Positions 1 through 8,910 of a stretch of DNA of 64,000 bases are shown here, piece after piece (position 1 is the stretch's first letter; the number at the start of each line of letters is the position of its first letter). A program made the translations under genes and the position numbers. Source of the stretch: Smithellaceae bacterium (GTDB lineage Bacteria > Desulfobacterota > Syntrophia > Syntrophales > Smithellaceae). Under the pieces are notes generated by a model. That model had not been told where the DNA came from and searched no databases. It was given only the letters and a program-made list of their open reading frames with translations. The stretch lies in assembly GCA_963667845.2 (NCBI GenBank), contig CAXXVL010000002.1:800001-864000 (forward strand), read 5' to 3'.

Positions 1-16
1 AACTAAGGAGGTTCCA

Positions 17-2863
17 ATGAAAATCCTGCGCGTATCTATGAACAATCATCGAATTGCTTTTGAGAATCTGCCGCCCCAGTGGGCTTACCTGGGCGGCAGC
101 GCGCTCATCGCCAAGATCCTCAACAAGGAAGTTCCACCTTCCTGTGATCCGCTGGGACGGGAGAACAAACTGATCGTCGCCTGCGGACCCCTCGCCGGCA
201 CGCGTGCGCCGCAGTTGGGACGTGTTTCCGTTGGAGCCAAAAGCCCGCTCACACAAGGAATAAAAGAGGCGAATTCAGGAGGACCAGCCGGACAGTTTCT
301 CGACCGGCTGGGCTTTCGTGCCATTGTCTTTGAGCAAATGCCGGAAAACGGAAAGCTGTATAATCTCGTCATCACCAAAGACAAAGCTGAACTCGTCTCG
401 GCCGACGAATACCGCGGCCTGAAAAATTACGATCTCGTCTCGGCGCTCCATAAGAAGTATTCTGACAAAGTAGCGATCATCTCCACCGGTTTGGCGGGCG
501 AACGCCAGTATAAAGGAGCTTCGGTTTCGCTTACCGACATTTTCGGCGATCCTTCACGAAATGCCGCGCGCGGCGGATTGGGCGCGGTAATGGGCTCCAA
601 AGGACTCAAGGCAATTATCATCGACCCGGCGGGTACAGAGCAGGTAGCGATTGCCGATCCGGAAGCCTTCCGCAAAACCGTTCGCGAATGGGCGGATATT
701 TTGAAACACGACGTCAGCATCAGCCTTTACTCGCGCTTCGGCACGCCTTTCGCCATCAACAACTCCGCCGGTCACGGTTCGCTGCCGGCCATGAATTACC
801 GCTCCGGCCGCCCCGAAAACTTCTCGGCGGTGAGCGGCAATAACATTCAAAAAATTCTTTTTGAACGGGGCGGCAAAATGCACGGCTGTATGCCGGGCTG
901 TCTGGTCCAGTGCTCAATCATTTATCCCGACAAAAACGGGCAGAAAATCTGCGCGGCCTATGAGTATGAGAACATCGCACTTCTGGGAACCAATCTGGGC
1001 ATTACCGATAATGACGCCATCGCCCGCCTGAAATTCCTGTGCGATGATATCGGACTCGATGCTATTGAAACAGGCAGCGCCCTGGGAGTCGCCGCCGAAG
1101 CAGGCAAAATGAAATGGGGCGATGCACTTGATGCAGAAAATCTTTTCAAGGAAATCGAAAAGGAAACGCCGCTGGGATTTGCTCTCGCCAACGGCGTTGT
1201 AACTACCGCCAGATTTCTCAATATTGACCGCGTCCCGGCCTTCAAGGGACAGGCCCTTCCCGCGCATGATCCGCGCGCAGTCAAAGGCACAGGAGTCACC
1301 TATTTTTCATCGCCGATGGGCGCTGATCACACAGCCGGCCTCACCTACCGCCAGCCCAAAGACAAGAATGAACAAATCGAAACCTCCCTCAAAACTCAAA
1401 TCAAGGCCGCGGCCTGCGATGCCTTCGGCTACTGTCTGAATGCCGTACCCGGCGAATCGATTTATCCCTTCTTCACCAAATTGATGAATGCGCGCTACGG
1501 GCTGAAACTGTCGGAAGAAGATGTCATCGGCGTTGCCAAGCAGCTCCTGCGCGATCAGCTGGCCTTTAATGCCAAGGCTCAGTTCAACGCCATTGATACA
1601 ACCATTCCGTCTTTCTTCCGTGAAGAATTGATCGCCCCAACCAGTTCTGTTTTTGATGTGAATGAAGCGGAAGTGAAAGACCTGTGGAAAGGCCTGGATG
1701 CGATCAAAGAAAAGGAAAAAGTCTGGGAAATTCGCATCCCGCCGATGCCCGACATTTTAATGGGCGAAGGTGTGGCGAACGGTATGGGCAAAAAGATAAA
1801 AGCTCTGAAGGTCAAGAAGGTCTTTCTGGTTACCGATCCTTTCATGTTCAAAAGCGGCAGGGCGACAGAGGTCGCCGATATCCTGAAAAAGAGCGGCATT
1901 GAGACCGTCATCTTTGCGGAAGTGGAGCCGGATCCGCCCATTGAACTTATCGAGCGGGCGGGTATACTTTACAAGGAAACAGGCTGCGACGGCATCCTCG
2001 GTCTGGGCGGCGGCAGTTCGCTCGACACGGCGAAGACCCTGGGACTGCGCGTGACACACGGTGGCGACTTGCGCGACTACGAAGGCCTTGTCGGCGGCGG
2101 CGGTAAAATCAAACCGATCTTTCCGCCGATCATCTGCATGCCGACCACCTCCGGCACCGGCAGCGAAGTCAATCCCTGCGCCGTTCTGACCGACAAAGCC
2201 CGCGACGTGAAGTTTATTTTGATGAGCAATCATTTTATCCCCAAACTGGCTGTGATTGACCCGCTGTTCACCAAAACCATGCCGCCCGGACTCACGATCG
2301 AATCCGGCATCGATGCATTGTCGCATTGCATCGAAGGCAGTGTGTCGCTGGCGACGCCTTATCATCCCTATTTCGAATCCAAGGCGCTCTTTGGTGTCAA
2401 ACTAATCGGCCGCAGTCTCATCACGGCATACAAAGATCCGAACGACATTCGCGCCCGCACGGACATGTGCATGGCAGCCCTCTGCGGCGGCCTCGCCTTT
2501 CTTAAAGGGCTGGGACTCGGACACGCGCTCACGCACGCCATCGGCGCTCACTACCACCTGCCGCATGGCCGCGCCGCTATTTTCGGCCTGCTGGGTTTTG
2601 TAATCGTCAATAAGGAAACCTGCAAAGATGCTTTCATGGATATGGCGTATCTTATCAACCGCACGGACGATCTGGAGGGAGCCCTGCGTTGGCTCTATAG
2701 CGAATTGAACATTGACCTCCGGCTCAAATCCCAGGGAATCACAAAGGAAGCGCTCAAGGAAATTGCCTTTTACACCTCGCGCGACGCCGTAAATATGGCG
2801 ACGGACCCCACGTCACCCAGTCAGCAAAGAATCCTGGAAGTGCTCACGTCGATGTATAAGTAA
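17..2863 (+). CDS. Aldehyde:ferredoxin oxidoreductase (W/Mo-bis-pterin AOR family) fused to a C-terminal iron-containing alcohol dehydrogenase
   Basis: First ~560 aa carry AOR motifs (KSPLTQGIKEANSGG, RGGLGAVMGSKGLKAI, CMPGCLVQC, EYE, DPR..KG). Last ~380 aa carry Fe-ADH motifs (GGGSSLD, PTTSGTGSE, DALSHCIE, GHALTH, HLPHG). AAGGAGG RBS precedes the ATG. Confidence 0.92.
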   Translation: MKILRVSMNNHRIAFENLPPQWAYLGGSALIAKILNKEVPPSCDPLGRENKLIVACGPLAGTRAPQLGRVSVGAKSPLTQGIKEANSGGPAGQFLDRLGFRAIVFEQMPENGKLYNLVITKDKAELVSADEYRGLKNYDLVSALHKKYSDKVAIISTGLAGERQYKGASVSLTDIFGDPSRNAARGGLGAVMGSKGLKAIIIDPAGTEQVAIADPEAFRKTVREWADILKHDVSISLYSRFGTPFAINNSAGHGSLPAMNYRSGRPENFSAVSGNNIQKILFERGGKMHGCMPGCLVQCSIIYPDKNGQKICAAYEYENIALLGTNLGITDNDAIARLKFLCDDIGLDAIETGSALGVAAEAGKMKWGDALDAENLFKEIEKETPLGFALANGVVTTARFLNIDRVPAFKGQALPAHDPRAVKGTGVTYFSSPMGADHTAGLTYRQPKDKNEQIETSLKTQIKAAACDAFGYCLNAVPGESIYPFFTKLMNARYGLKLSEEDVIGVAKQLLRDQLAFNAKAQFNAIDTTIPSFFREELIAPTSSVFDVNEAEVKDLWKGLDAIKEKEKVWEIRIPPMPDILMGEGVANGMGKKIKALKVKKVFLVTDPFMFKSGRATEVADILKKSGIETVIFAEVEPDPPIELIERAGILYKETGCDGILGLGGGSSLDTAKTLGLRVTHGGDLRDYEGLVGGGGKIKPIFPPIICMPTTSGTGSEVNPCAVLTDKARDVKFILMSNHFIPKLAVIDPLFTKTMPPGLTIESGIDALSHCIEGSVSLATPYHPYFESKALFGVKLIGRSLITAYKDPNDIRARTDMCMAALCGGLAFLKGLGLGHALTHAIGAHYHLPHGRAAIFGLLGFVIVNKETCKDAFMDMAYLINRTDDLEGALRWLYSELNIDLRLKSQGITKEALKEIAFYTSRDAVNMATDPTSPSQQRILEVLTSMYK

Positions 2864-2865
2864 AG

Positions 2866-2904
2866 AGGCTATTAGACTGCAGGCTGTGAGACTGTTAGGC
2901 TGTG
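2866..2904. repeat. Short degenerate tandem repeat, five 7-8 nt units alternating AGGCT/AGACT
   Basis: aggctatt-agactgc-aggctgtg-agactgtt-aggctgtg read directly. Confidence 0.6.
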
Positions 2905-2930
2905 GGGAACGGTCGCGACTGTTCCCTACA
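2901..2930 (+). repeat. REP-like palindrome
   Basis: tgtggggaacggtcgcgactgttccctaca is a 30-nt hairpin. Its two mismatches are G-U compatible on the + strand and it has GTGG...CTAC ends. Confidence 0.7.
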
Positions 2931-2955
2931 ATTGTCAGACAAGAAGGAGATACCA

Positions 2956-4788
2956 ATGGAATTCAAATACGACATCAGGGATTTGAAGTTTATATTGAAG
3001 GAGTGGCTGCCGACCGGGGAGGTACTGGAATGCGAGCGGTTCTCGGGCAACTTTACGCTCGACGACGTGGACATGCTGCTCAACGAAGGCTATAAAGTAT
3101 CGAAGGAGATCGTGAACCCGATTAACGCGCCGGGGGACAAGATCGGCGTCAAGTTCGAGAAGGGTGTCGTGACCCCTGTACCGGGCTTTCGGGAAGCCTA
3201 CCAGTTTTTGCAGCAAAACGGCTGGGGCTCTTCAAGTGAATGCATTAAAGTGGAAACCGGCATGCCGCTGATTTTGTATAAGGCCAATGCCGAGATCAAC
3301 ACCGCCGCCTGCCCCGCTCTCACCTCCTGCGTGAAGCTGACCTCGGGCGCGGCTAATTTGATTCTACGGTTTGGAACCCAGGAAAACCAGGACATGTTCA
3401 TCCCGAAGATGCTCGACGGCTCCTGGCAGGGGACCATGTGTCTGACGGAACCGAACTTCGGCTCGGATACGGGCGATATCATTACCCGCTCTTATCCCAC
3501 CGATGATCCCCGCATCTGGAAGATCAAGGGCACCAAGATGTTCATCACCGCCGGCGACCAGGGAACCGGGGACAATACGATTCATCTGGTTCTGGCCAGA
3601 CCCGAAGGAGCAGCAGCGGGATCCCCCGGCATCGGCCTTTATATTGTTCCCAAGTACTGGGTCAATGAAGACGGCTCGGTGGGAGATCTCAACGATGTCA
3701 CCACTGTCGGGCTGGAACATAAGATGGGATTGCACGCCCAGGCGACCGCCATGCTCAACTTCGGCGACGACGACAACTGCCGGGGCTTTATGCTGGGACC
3801 GGCGCCGGATGCGAAGGGATTTTCCCAGGGACTGGCCATGATGTTCCACATGATGAACGAATCGCGCATCGGCACGGGACATAATGCCAACACCCAGGGA
3901 GCGGCGGCTTACTACTTTGCTGCCCAATATGCCACCGAACGCATCCAGGGAAGACCCTTCGGCGTTAAGGGAGCAGAAAGAGTCCCCATCATCAAACACG
4001 AAGACATCAGAAGAATGCTTCTGGACATGAAAGCGCATGTCGAAGGCATCCGGGCCATGATCTTTAAGGGATTTTACTACCTGGATATCGAGAACAACTC
4101 AAAAGACAAGGAAAAAGCCAAGAAGTACGCCTCCTTTGCCGAGATCCTCACGCCCCTGGTCAAATGCTACGGATCAGAAGCAAGCTTAGGCGTCATCGCC
4201 CAGGCGATCCAGGTTCTGGGGGGCGTGGGTTACACCCAGGAATACCCCGTGGAACAGTACCTCCGGGATTCCAAGATTCTGACCATCTGGGAGGGCACCT
4301 CCTTCATCCACGCCAACGACCTGATCGGCCGGAAGATGCGCATGAAAGAAGGGGCCGCTTTTGGAGCCTGGATGAAAGACATTAAAGATTTTATTGATGC
4401 GAACAAAAATACCCAGGGCTTTACCAAGGAAATGGATAATCTGGCCAAAGCCTACGAGGCGGCAGAAGAAGTCAAAGCCACCTACGATTGCTGGTACCTC
4501 AACATGGCCACCAAGAGGCAGCTGATTCCTCTCTATGCCATTAAAGCGCTGTTTGTTTTTGCTGAAGTTTACGTGGCGATGTGCCTCATCGACCAGGCAC
4601 TGATTGCGGCAAAGAAAGTGGCCAACTTAAAACCGGGAGACGGCGATTATATATACTACCAGGGCAAGATTGCCTCGGCACGCTATTACGCCAACAACAT
4701 TCTGCCGAATGTCCCCATGCTGGCCAACCTGATCAAGAGCGAAGAGGACACGGTGCTGACCTGTCCGGAGGAAGCGTTGGTCGTCTGA
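2956..4788 (+). CDS. Acyl-CoA dehydrogenase (long ~600 aa type)
   Basis: GTMCLTEPNFGSD, GTKMFIT, EHKMGLH, QVLGGVGY, IWEGT motifs. AAGGAG RBS before ATG 2956, so the start is moved from 2902. Confidence 0.95.
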   Translation: MEFKYDIRDLKFILKEWLPTGEVLECERFSGNFTLDDVDMLLNEGYKVSKEIVNPINAPGDKIGVKFEKGVVTPVPGFREAYQFLQQNGWGSSSECIKVETGMPLILYKANAEINTAACPALTSCVKLTSGAANLILRFGTQENQDMFIPKMLDGSWQGTMCLTEPNFGSDTGDIITRSYPTDDPRIWKIKGTKMFITAGDQGTGDNTIHLVLARPEGAAAGSPGIGLYIVPKYWVNEDGSVGDLNDVTTVGLEHKMGLHAQATAMLNFGDDDNCRGFMLGPAPDAKGFSQGLAMMFHMMNESRIGTGHNANTQGAAAYYFAAQYATERIQGRPFGVKGAERVPIIKHEDIRRMLLDMKAHVEGIRAMIFKGFYYLDIENNSKDKEKAKKYASFAEILTPLVKCYGSEASLGVIAQAIQVLGGVGYTQEYPVEQYLRDSKILTIWEGTSFIHANDLIGRKMRMKEGAAFGAWMKDIKDFIDANKNTQGFTKEMDNLAKAYEAAEEVKATYDCWYLNMATKRQLIPLYAIKALFVFAEVYVAMCLIDQALIAAKKVANLKPGDGDYIYYQGKIASARYYANNILPNVPMLANLIKSEEDTVLTCPEEALVV

Positions 4789-4910
4789 CATCGGAAAATA
4801 CCCGGATACGGCGTTGCGCTTCAGCCCTCATCGTTGCGGCGTACCCCAAGGGTACGTCTCACTCCTCGGACTTCGCGCGCCTTGTCTCCGGGATATTTTG
4901 CGATGCCAGA
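4784..4910. mobile_element. MITE-like palindromic element with ~26 bp imperfect terminal inverted repeats
   Basis: Left end tctgacatcggaaaatacccggatac versus reverse complement of right end tctggcatcgcaaaatatcccggagac. Internal hairpin cgtaccc-caa-gggtacg. Confidence 0.65.
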
Positions 4911-5024
4911 ATTAACCGCCCCTCTTTTTAATTTTTTTCATTATTGATTCTTTTCGAAAAGAGCTTAGATTCTAAAAAGCCAGTTTAAGTAACCTGAATG
5001 CATCAAACTCTAAAGGAGATGGAT

Positions 5025-6578
5025 ATGACCGGTGCGGAGATGATTTTAAAAACGGCGGCACAGGCGGGGGTGGAGATTTGTTTTGCCAATCCCGGCACGA
5101 CGGAATTGGGATTTGTCGCAGCGCTCGACACAGTCAATGAAATCCGGCCCGTTCTGGGCCTCTTCGAAGGTGTCTGCACCGGGGCAGCTGACGGCTATGG
5201 TCGGGTCAAACAAAAGCCGGCAATGACCCTCTTGCATCTAGGGCCGGGGTTCGCCAACGGTATTGCCAATCTGCACAACGCGAGGCGCGCCAAGTCACCC
5301 GTGCTCAACATTATCGGCGAACACACGACATGGATTCGTCCCTACGATCCGCCGCTCAACATGGACATCGCGTCGCTCGCCGGTACGGTTTCAGGCTGGC
5401 AGAGAGAAACCCAATCGGCAGATACGGTATCGGCGGATACGGCCGCGGCCATTACCGCATCTCTTTATGGCCAGATCTCGACGCTCATCGTTCCGGCCGA
5501 TCATCAATCCGCAATCTCTAAAACGGATATAGTTACCGGCGTGAATTTTTCATTTGACCCTGTAGATCAAGAAATGATTCCGCATGCGGTCTCCATGATC
5601 ACCGAGGCAAAAAAGCCCGCCTTGATTCTCGGAGGAAACGCATTGCGTCAAAAAGGACTGGCCGCGGCGGCGCAGATCAAAGCCAAGACCGGCTGTGATC
5701 TTTTGATGATCACTTTTCCCGGGTACCTTGACTCGGGTGCAGGGCTACCGGTTTTAAAACGCATTGCTTATTTTCCCAGACAGGCCCAGAAGATGCTGAA
5801 CAACTATGACGCCTTTGTCATGGTGGGAGCAGTGGAGCCTACCGCCTTTTTCGGTTATACGGGGGGAGCAACTTCATTTCTCCCCGAAAAAGCCCCCAGG
5901 ATCAGAATCGATACGAACAAGCAGGATGCAGGCTCTGTTCTGGAGGAGATTTCCGCGGCTCTGGGACCTGACGTTTCTCAAAATGAACTTCGTCCGATAC
6001 TGGCCCAATACTCGCTACCGGCGTTGCCGGAAGGCACGCTAAATGCCGAGAAAATGTGTGCGGCTATTGCGGCCCTCCAGCCGGAGGGCTGTCTTGTCGT
6101 CGAAGAAGGTGTCTCGTCGGGAGCTTACTACTATAACCACGCACCGTACTTAAAACCGTTTGGTCAGATGACGCTCACCGGCGGCGCGATCGGGATGGGT
6201 TTGCCGCTGGCACTGGGCGCGGCGCTTGCCGCACCTGATCGTCAGGTGATCGACATCCAGGCCGACGGCAGCGCCCTGTATACGATCCAGGCGCTCTGGT
6301 CACAGGCGCATGAAAAGGCAAAAGTCATTACGGTAATCTGCTCCAACCGCAAATACTTTACGATCGAACTGGAGTGTCTGCGCGCCGGATATAAAACCCT
6401 GGGCGACGGAGCAAAATCCCTGATGAACCTCACCGGACCAACGTTGGACTGGGTGAGCTTAAGCCGCGGTATGGGCGTGCCCGCCGCAGCTGTCAATACG
6501 GCGGAAGCCTTTATTGCCGAATTTAAAAAAGCTCTTCAGGAGCCGGGGCCCTATCTGATTGAAGCAATCCTCGAATAA
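5025..6578 (+). CDS. Thiamine-diphosphate-dependent enzyme (acetolactate synthase large subunit-like / 2-oxoacid decarboxylase-like)
   Basis: ANPGTTE, LFEGVCTGAADGYGR, LHLGPG and the ThDP motif ADGS...N. AAGGAG RBS before ATG 5025. Confidence 0.88.
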   Translation: MTGAEMILKTAAQAGVEICFANPGTTELGFVAALDTVNEIRPVLGLFEGVCTGAADGYGRVKQKPAMTLLHLGPGFANGIANLHNARRAKSPVLNIIGEHTTWIRPYDPPLNMDIASLAGTVSGWQRETQSADTVSADTAAAITASLYGQISTLIVPADHQSAISKTDIVTGVNFSFDPVDQEMIPHAVSMITEAKKPALILGGNALRQKGLAAAAQIKAKTGCDLLMITFPGYLDSGAGLPVLKRIAYFPRQAQKMLNNYDAFVMVGAVEPTAFFGYTGGATSFLPEKAPRIRIDTNKQDAGSVLEEISAALGPDVSQNELRPILAQYSLPALPEGTLNAEKMCAAIAALQPEGCLVVEEGVSSGAYYYNHAPYLKPFGQMTLTGGAIGMGLPLALGAALAAPDRQVIDIQADGSALYTIQALWSQAHEKAKVITVICSNRKYFTIELECLRAGYKTLGDGAKSLMNLTGPTLDWVSLSRGMGVPAAAVNTAEAFIAEFKKALQEPGPYLIEAILE

Positions 6579-6594
6579 AAAGGAGATCATCACC

Positions 6595-7590
6595 ATGCTG
6601 CCGGAAACCATGAATTACATTGACCACGGCAAGGGAGGCCCGGCCTCCGCTATGCAGCTCAGGCAATCGCCCTTACCACAATTAAAAGCCGGCGAAGTCC
6701 TGATTGAAGTTGCTTACGCGGGCGTCAACCGCCCGGACATCTTCCAGCGCCTGGGGGCCTATCCGCCTCCTCCCAGCGCCTCACCGGTTTTGGGCCTGGA
6801 AGTTGCGGGAAAAATAGCGGCAATAGCAGATGATGTAACGAAGTGGCAAACCGGTGATGTTGTTTGCGCGCTGTCGCCCGGCGGCGGCTACGCCGAATAC
6901 TGCGCCGTGCCCGCTCTCCATTGCCTGCCGATCCCGGAAGGTCTGAAGCTTGCCGAAGCGGCAGCGCTGCCGGAAAACTACTTTACGGTCTGGTCGAATG
7001 TTTTTGAACGCGGAAATCTTAAATCCGGAGAAAATTTTCTCGCCCACGGCGGGGCGGGCGGCATCGGCTATACCGCCATACAACTCGCGAAAGCCTTTGG
7101 TGCGAAAGTATTTACAACCATTGCCGGAGCTGATCAGATTGACACTGTGAAGAAACTGGGAGCAGATGTCGCGCTGGATTATACCACTCAGGATTGGGCT
7201 CTGGAAATTACCGGTCTTGTCGGAACGCGCGGCATCGACTGCATCCTGGATTTTGTGGGCGGCCCTTACATTCAAAAGAATCTGAAGCTGCTGGCCCGCA
7301 ACGGCCGGCTTGTGCAAATCGCCTTTATGCAGGGCGCAAAAGTGGAGCTGGATTGCCTGCCGATCCTGACCAAAAATCTGACCTTCACCGGCTCGATGCT
7401 TCGTCCCCGCTCGATCGAGGAAAAAGCCGCTATCGCGGAGGCTCTGCTCCAAAATGTCTGGCCACTCTTTGCCGCAAAAAAATTGAGCGTCCTGATTTCC
7501 GCCATCTTTCCGCTAAACGATGCCATAAAAGCTCATGAGCTGATGGAATCATCAACGCATATCGGCAAGATCGTGCTAAAGGTTCGTTAA
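6595..7590 (+). CDS. NAD(P)H:quinone oxidoreductase, PIG3/zeta-crystallin MDR family
   Basis: GVNRPD, YPPPP, GLEVAG, GGYAEY, HGGAGGIG, HIGKIVL. AAGGAG RBS before ATG 6595. Confidence 0.93.
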   Translation: MLPETMNYIDHGKGGPASAMQLRQSPLPQLKAGEVLIEVAYAGVNRPDIFQRLGAYPPPPSASPVLGLEVAGKIAAIADDVTKWQTGDVVCALSPGGGYAEYCAVPALHCLPIPEGLKLAEAAALPENYFTVWSNVFERGNLKSGENFLAHGGAGGIGYTAIQLAKAFGAKVFTTIAGADQIDTVKKLGADVALDYTTQDWALEITGLVGTRGIDCILDFVGGPYIQKNLKLLARNGRLVQIAFMQGAKVELDCLPILTKNLTFTGSMLRPRSIEEKAAIAEALLQNVWPLFAAKKLSVLISAIFPLNDAIKAHELMESSTHIGKIVLKVR

Positions 7591-8249
7591 TGGCTTAGGG
7601 AACGATACCGCTGGGCAAGCTCCCGGATTTCTGAGTTTTCAATCACGCGGCCCTGGACGTTCTCAACAGTTGCCTGGATCATAGCCCGTCCTATATCCTC
7701 TCCTTCCACATAGAGACCGGGAAAAGGCTTCAATAACTTCAACACCGGACGTAACACTCTTATCAGCTTTGGAGTTGCTGCCGACGGATCGCCGTCAATG
7801 AACGAAGGACGCCAGCAGATTGCTTTCATCATTCCGATAAGTTCCCCCTCGGTCTGCGCCTTAACGCGCGCCCACATCATTCGGCTGCCCCGTTTTGTTC
7901 CCTGACCGCTGATATAATGAAATGTCGCCCGCGGACTATTTTTATTCAACTCCTTTGCGGCGGCCAGCGCAAAATCATGCGTGATTTGCCGATACTCAGC
8001 TTCGTCGGGAACCTGTATCACGGAAACACCCAGGCAAAAGAGGCAGGCATCAATTCCGGCAAAGGCATCGCTCATGCCGGAATAGTTCAGAAAATCATGC
8101 TGGATGAATTCGTGCAGTTTGCCGTCCGAAAAACCAATGGGGTGTCGCGTGAACGTGCGAACTTCGTCAACCACCGACGCGGCCAGGCAAGCTTTCAGAA
8201 CACTGCCGCCCGCCAATCCGGTCGCACCAAAAATGAGAATTTTCATCAT
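7587..8249 (-). CDS. NAD(P)-binding epimerase/dehydratase-like (atypical SDR) protein
   Basis: GATGLAG Rossmann motif, DACLFCLG, WARVKAQTE. GGAG RBS precedes the MMKIL start. Confidence 0.85.
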   Translation of the reverse strand: MMKILIFGATGLAGGSVLKACLAASVVDEVRTFTRHPIGFSDGKLHEFIQHDFLNYSGMSDAFAGIDACLFCLGVSVIQVPDEAEYRQITHDFALAAAKELNKNSPRATFHYISGQGTKRGSRMMWARVKAQTEGELIGMMKAICWRPSFIDGDPSAATPKLIRVLRPVLKLLKPFPGLYVEGEDIGRAMIQATVENVQGRVIENSEIRELAQRYRSLSH

Positions 8250-8282
8250 GTCTATTCTCCGGTGACTATGGAGCACGATTCA

Positions 8283-8777
8283 TCAATTTTTTCTTAATTC
8301 CGGCAGCCGCCGGCCAATTGCAAAGAGCAATGGTATCAACACGATGATCCACAGAACAACCAGCGGTCCCGCCCAGACAAACCGCTCGTAATGAATATAT
8401 CCCTCTCGAAATCCCCGATAAAGCAAAAATAACGTTACAGGTAAATTCAGCAATAAAGCGGTGAGGGTGCCCGGTGCATAACGGCGCATCATCACGGTAG
8501 CGATGACGTGAGGGAAGAGAACATTCAAAAGCATTGCCAGTGCATAACCCGCCACCAGATAGGCCCCCGCACTTTCCTTGCCACAAGCAGTCGCAAGCGA
8601 AGCCGCGACGAACGCCAGGAGAGTCAACACAATGACCGCAAAACGGAATTCCTTTGTATCTACAGGGTGGTGCCACTTCCCCGCATTCTGCGACCAGGCG
8701 GGAAGCAGCATCGCCTCTTCAATATTATGCACCGTTATGGCCAATGCAAAAAACCAGGCGAGTAGAATGAAATCCAT
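8283..8777 (-). CDS. HXXEE domain membrane protein
   Basis: HNIEE motif, YAPG motif, five hydrophobic segments. Confidence 0.85.
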   Translation of the reverse strand: MDFILLAWFFALAITVHNIEEAMLLPAWSQNAGKWHHPVDTKEFRFAVIVLTLLAFVAASLATACGKESAGAYLVAGYALAMLLNVLFPHVIATVMMRRYAPGTLTALLLNLPVTLFLLYRGFREGYIHYERFVWAGPLVVLWIIVLIPLLFAIGRRLPELRKN

Positions 8778-8849
8778 CGAGTCAACTCTCTGACGGGATA
8801 AAGGCTGCAGTTGAACCGTTGGCTAACAATCCTTTGGCCATCATCATTC

Positions 8850-8875
8850 CTGGATTCCCGCCTGCGCGGGCTGAC
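8850..8875. repeat. Degenerate REP-type repeat (CTGGATTCCCGCCTGCGCGGGAATGAC-like)
   Basis: ctggattcccgcctgcgcgggctgac just downstream of the AOR gene. Confidence 0.5.
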
Positions 8876-8910
8876 AAGAAGGCAGTCGATTGATTCGGTC
8901 GGACAAAGTG

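Noticed and set aside
2866..2904. CRISPR-like repeat
   Set aside because: Units are 7-8 nt with no spacers, and there are no cas genes
2902..2955. Longer N-terminus of the acyl-CoA dehydrogenase from the ORF track
   Set aside because: Translates the REP hairpin; the RBS supports ATG 2956
4581..4931. 116-aa ORF running through the MITE-like element
   Set aside because: Out of frame within the ACAD gene and reads through a palindromic repeat
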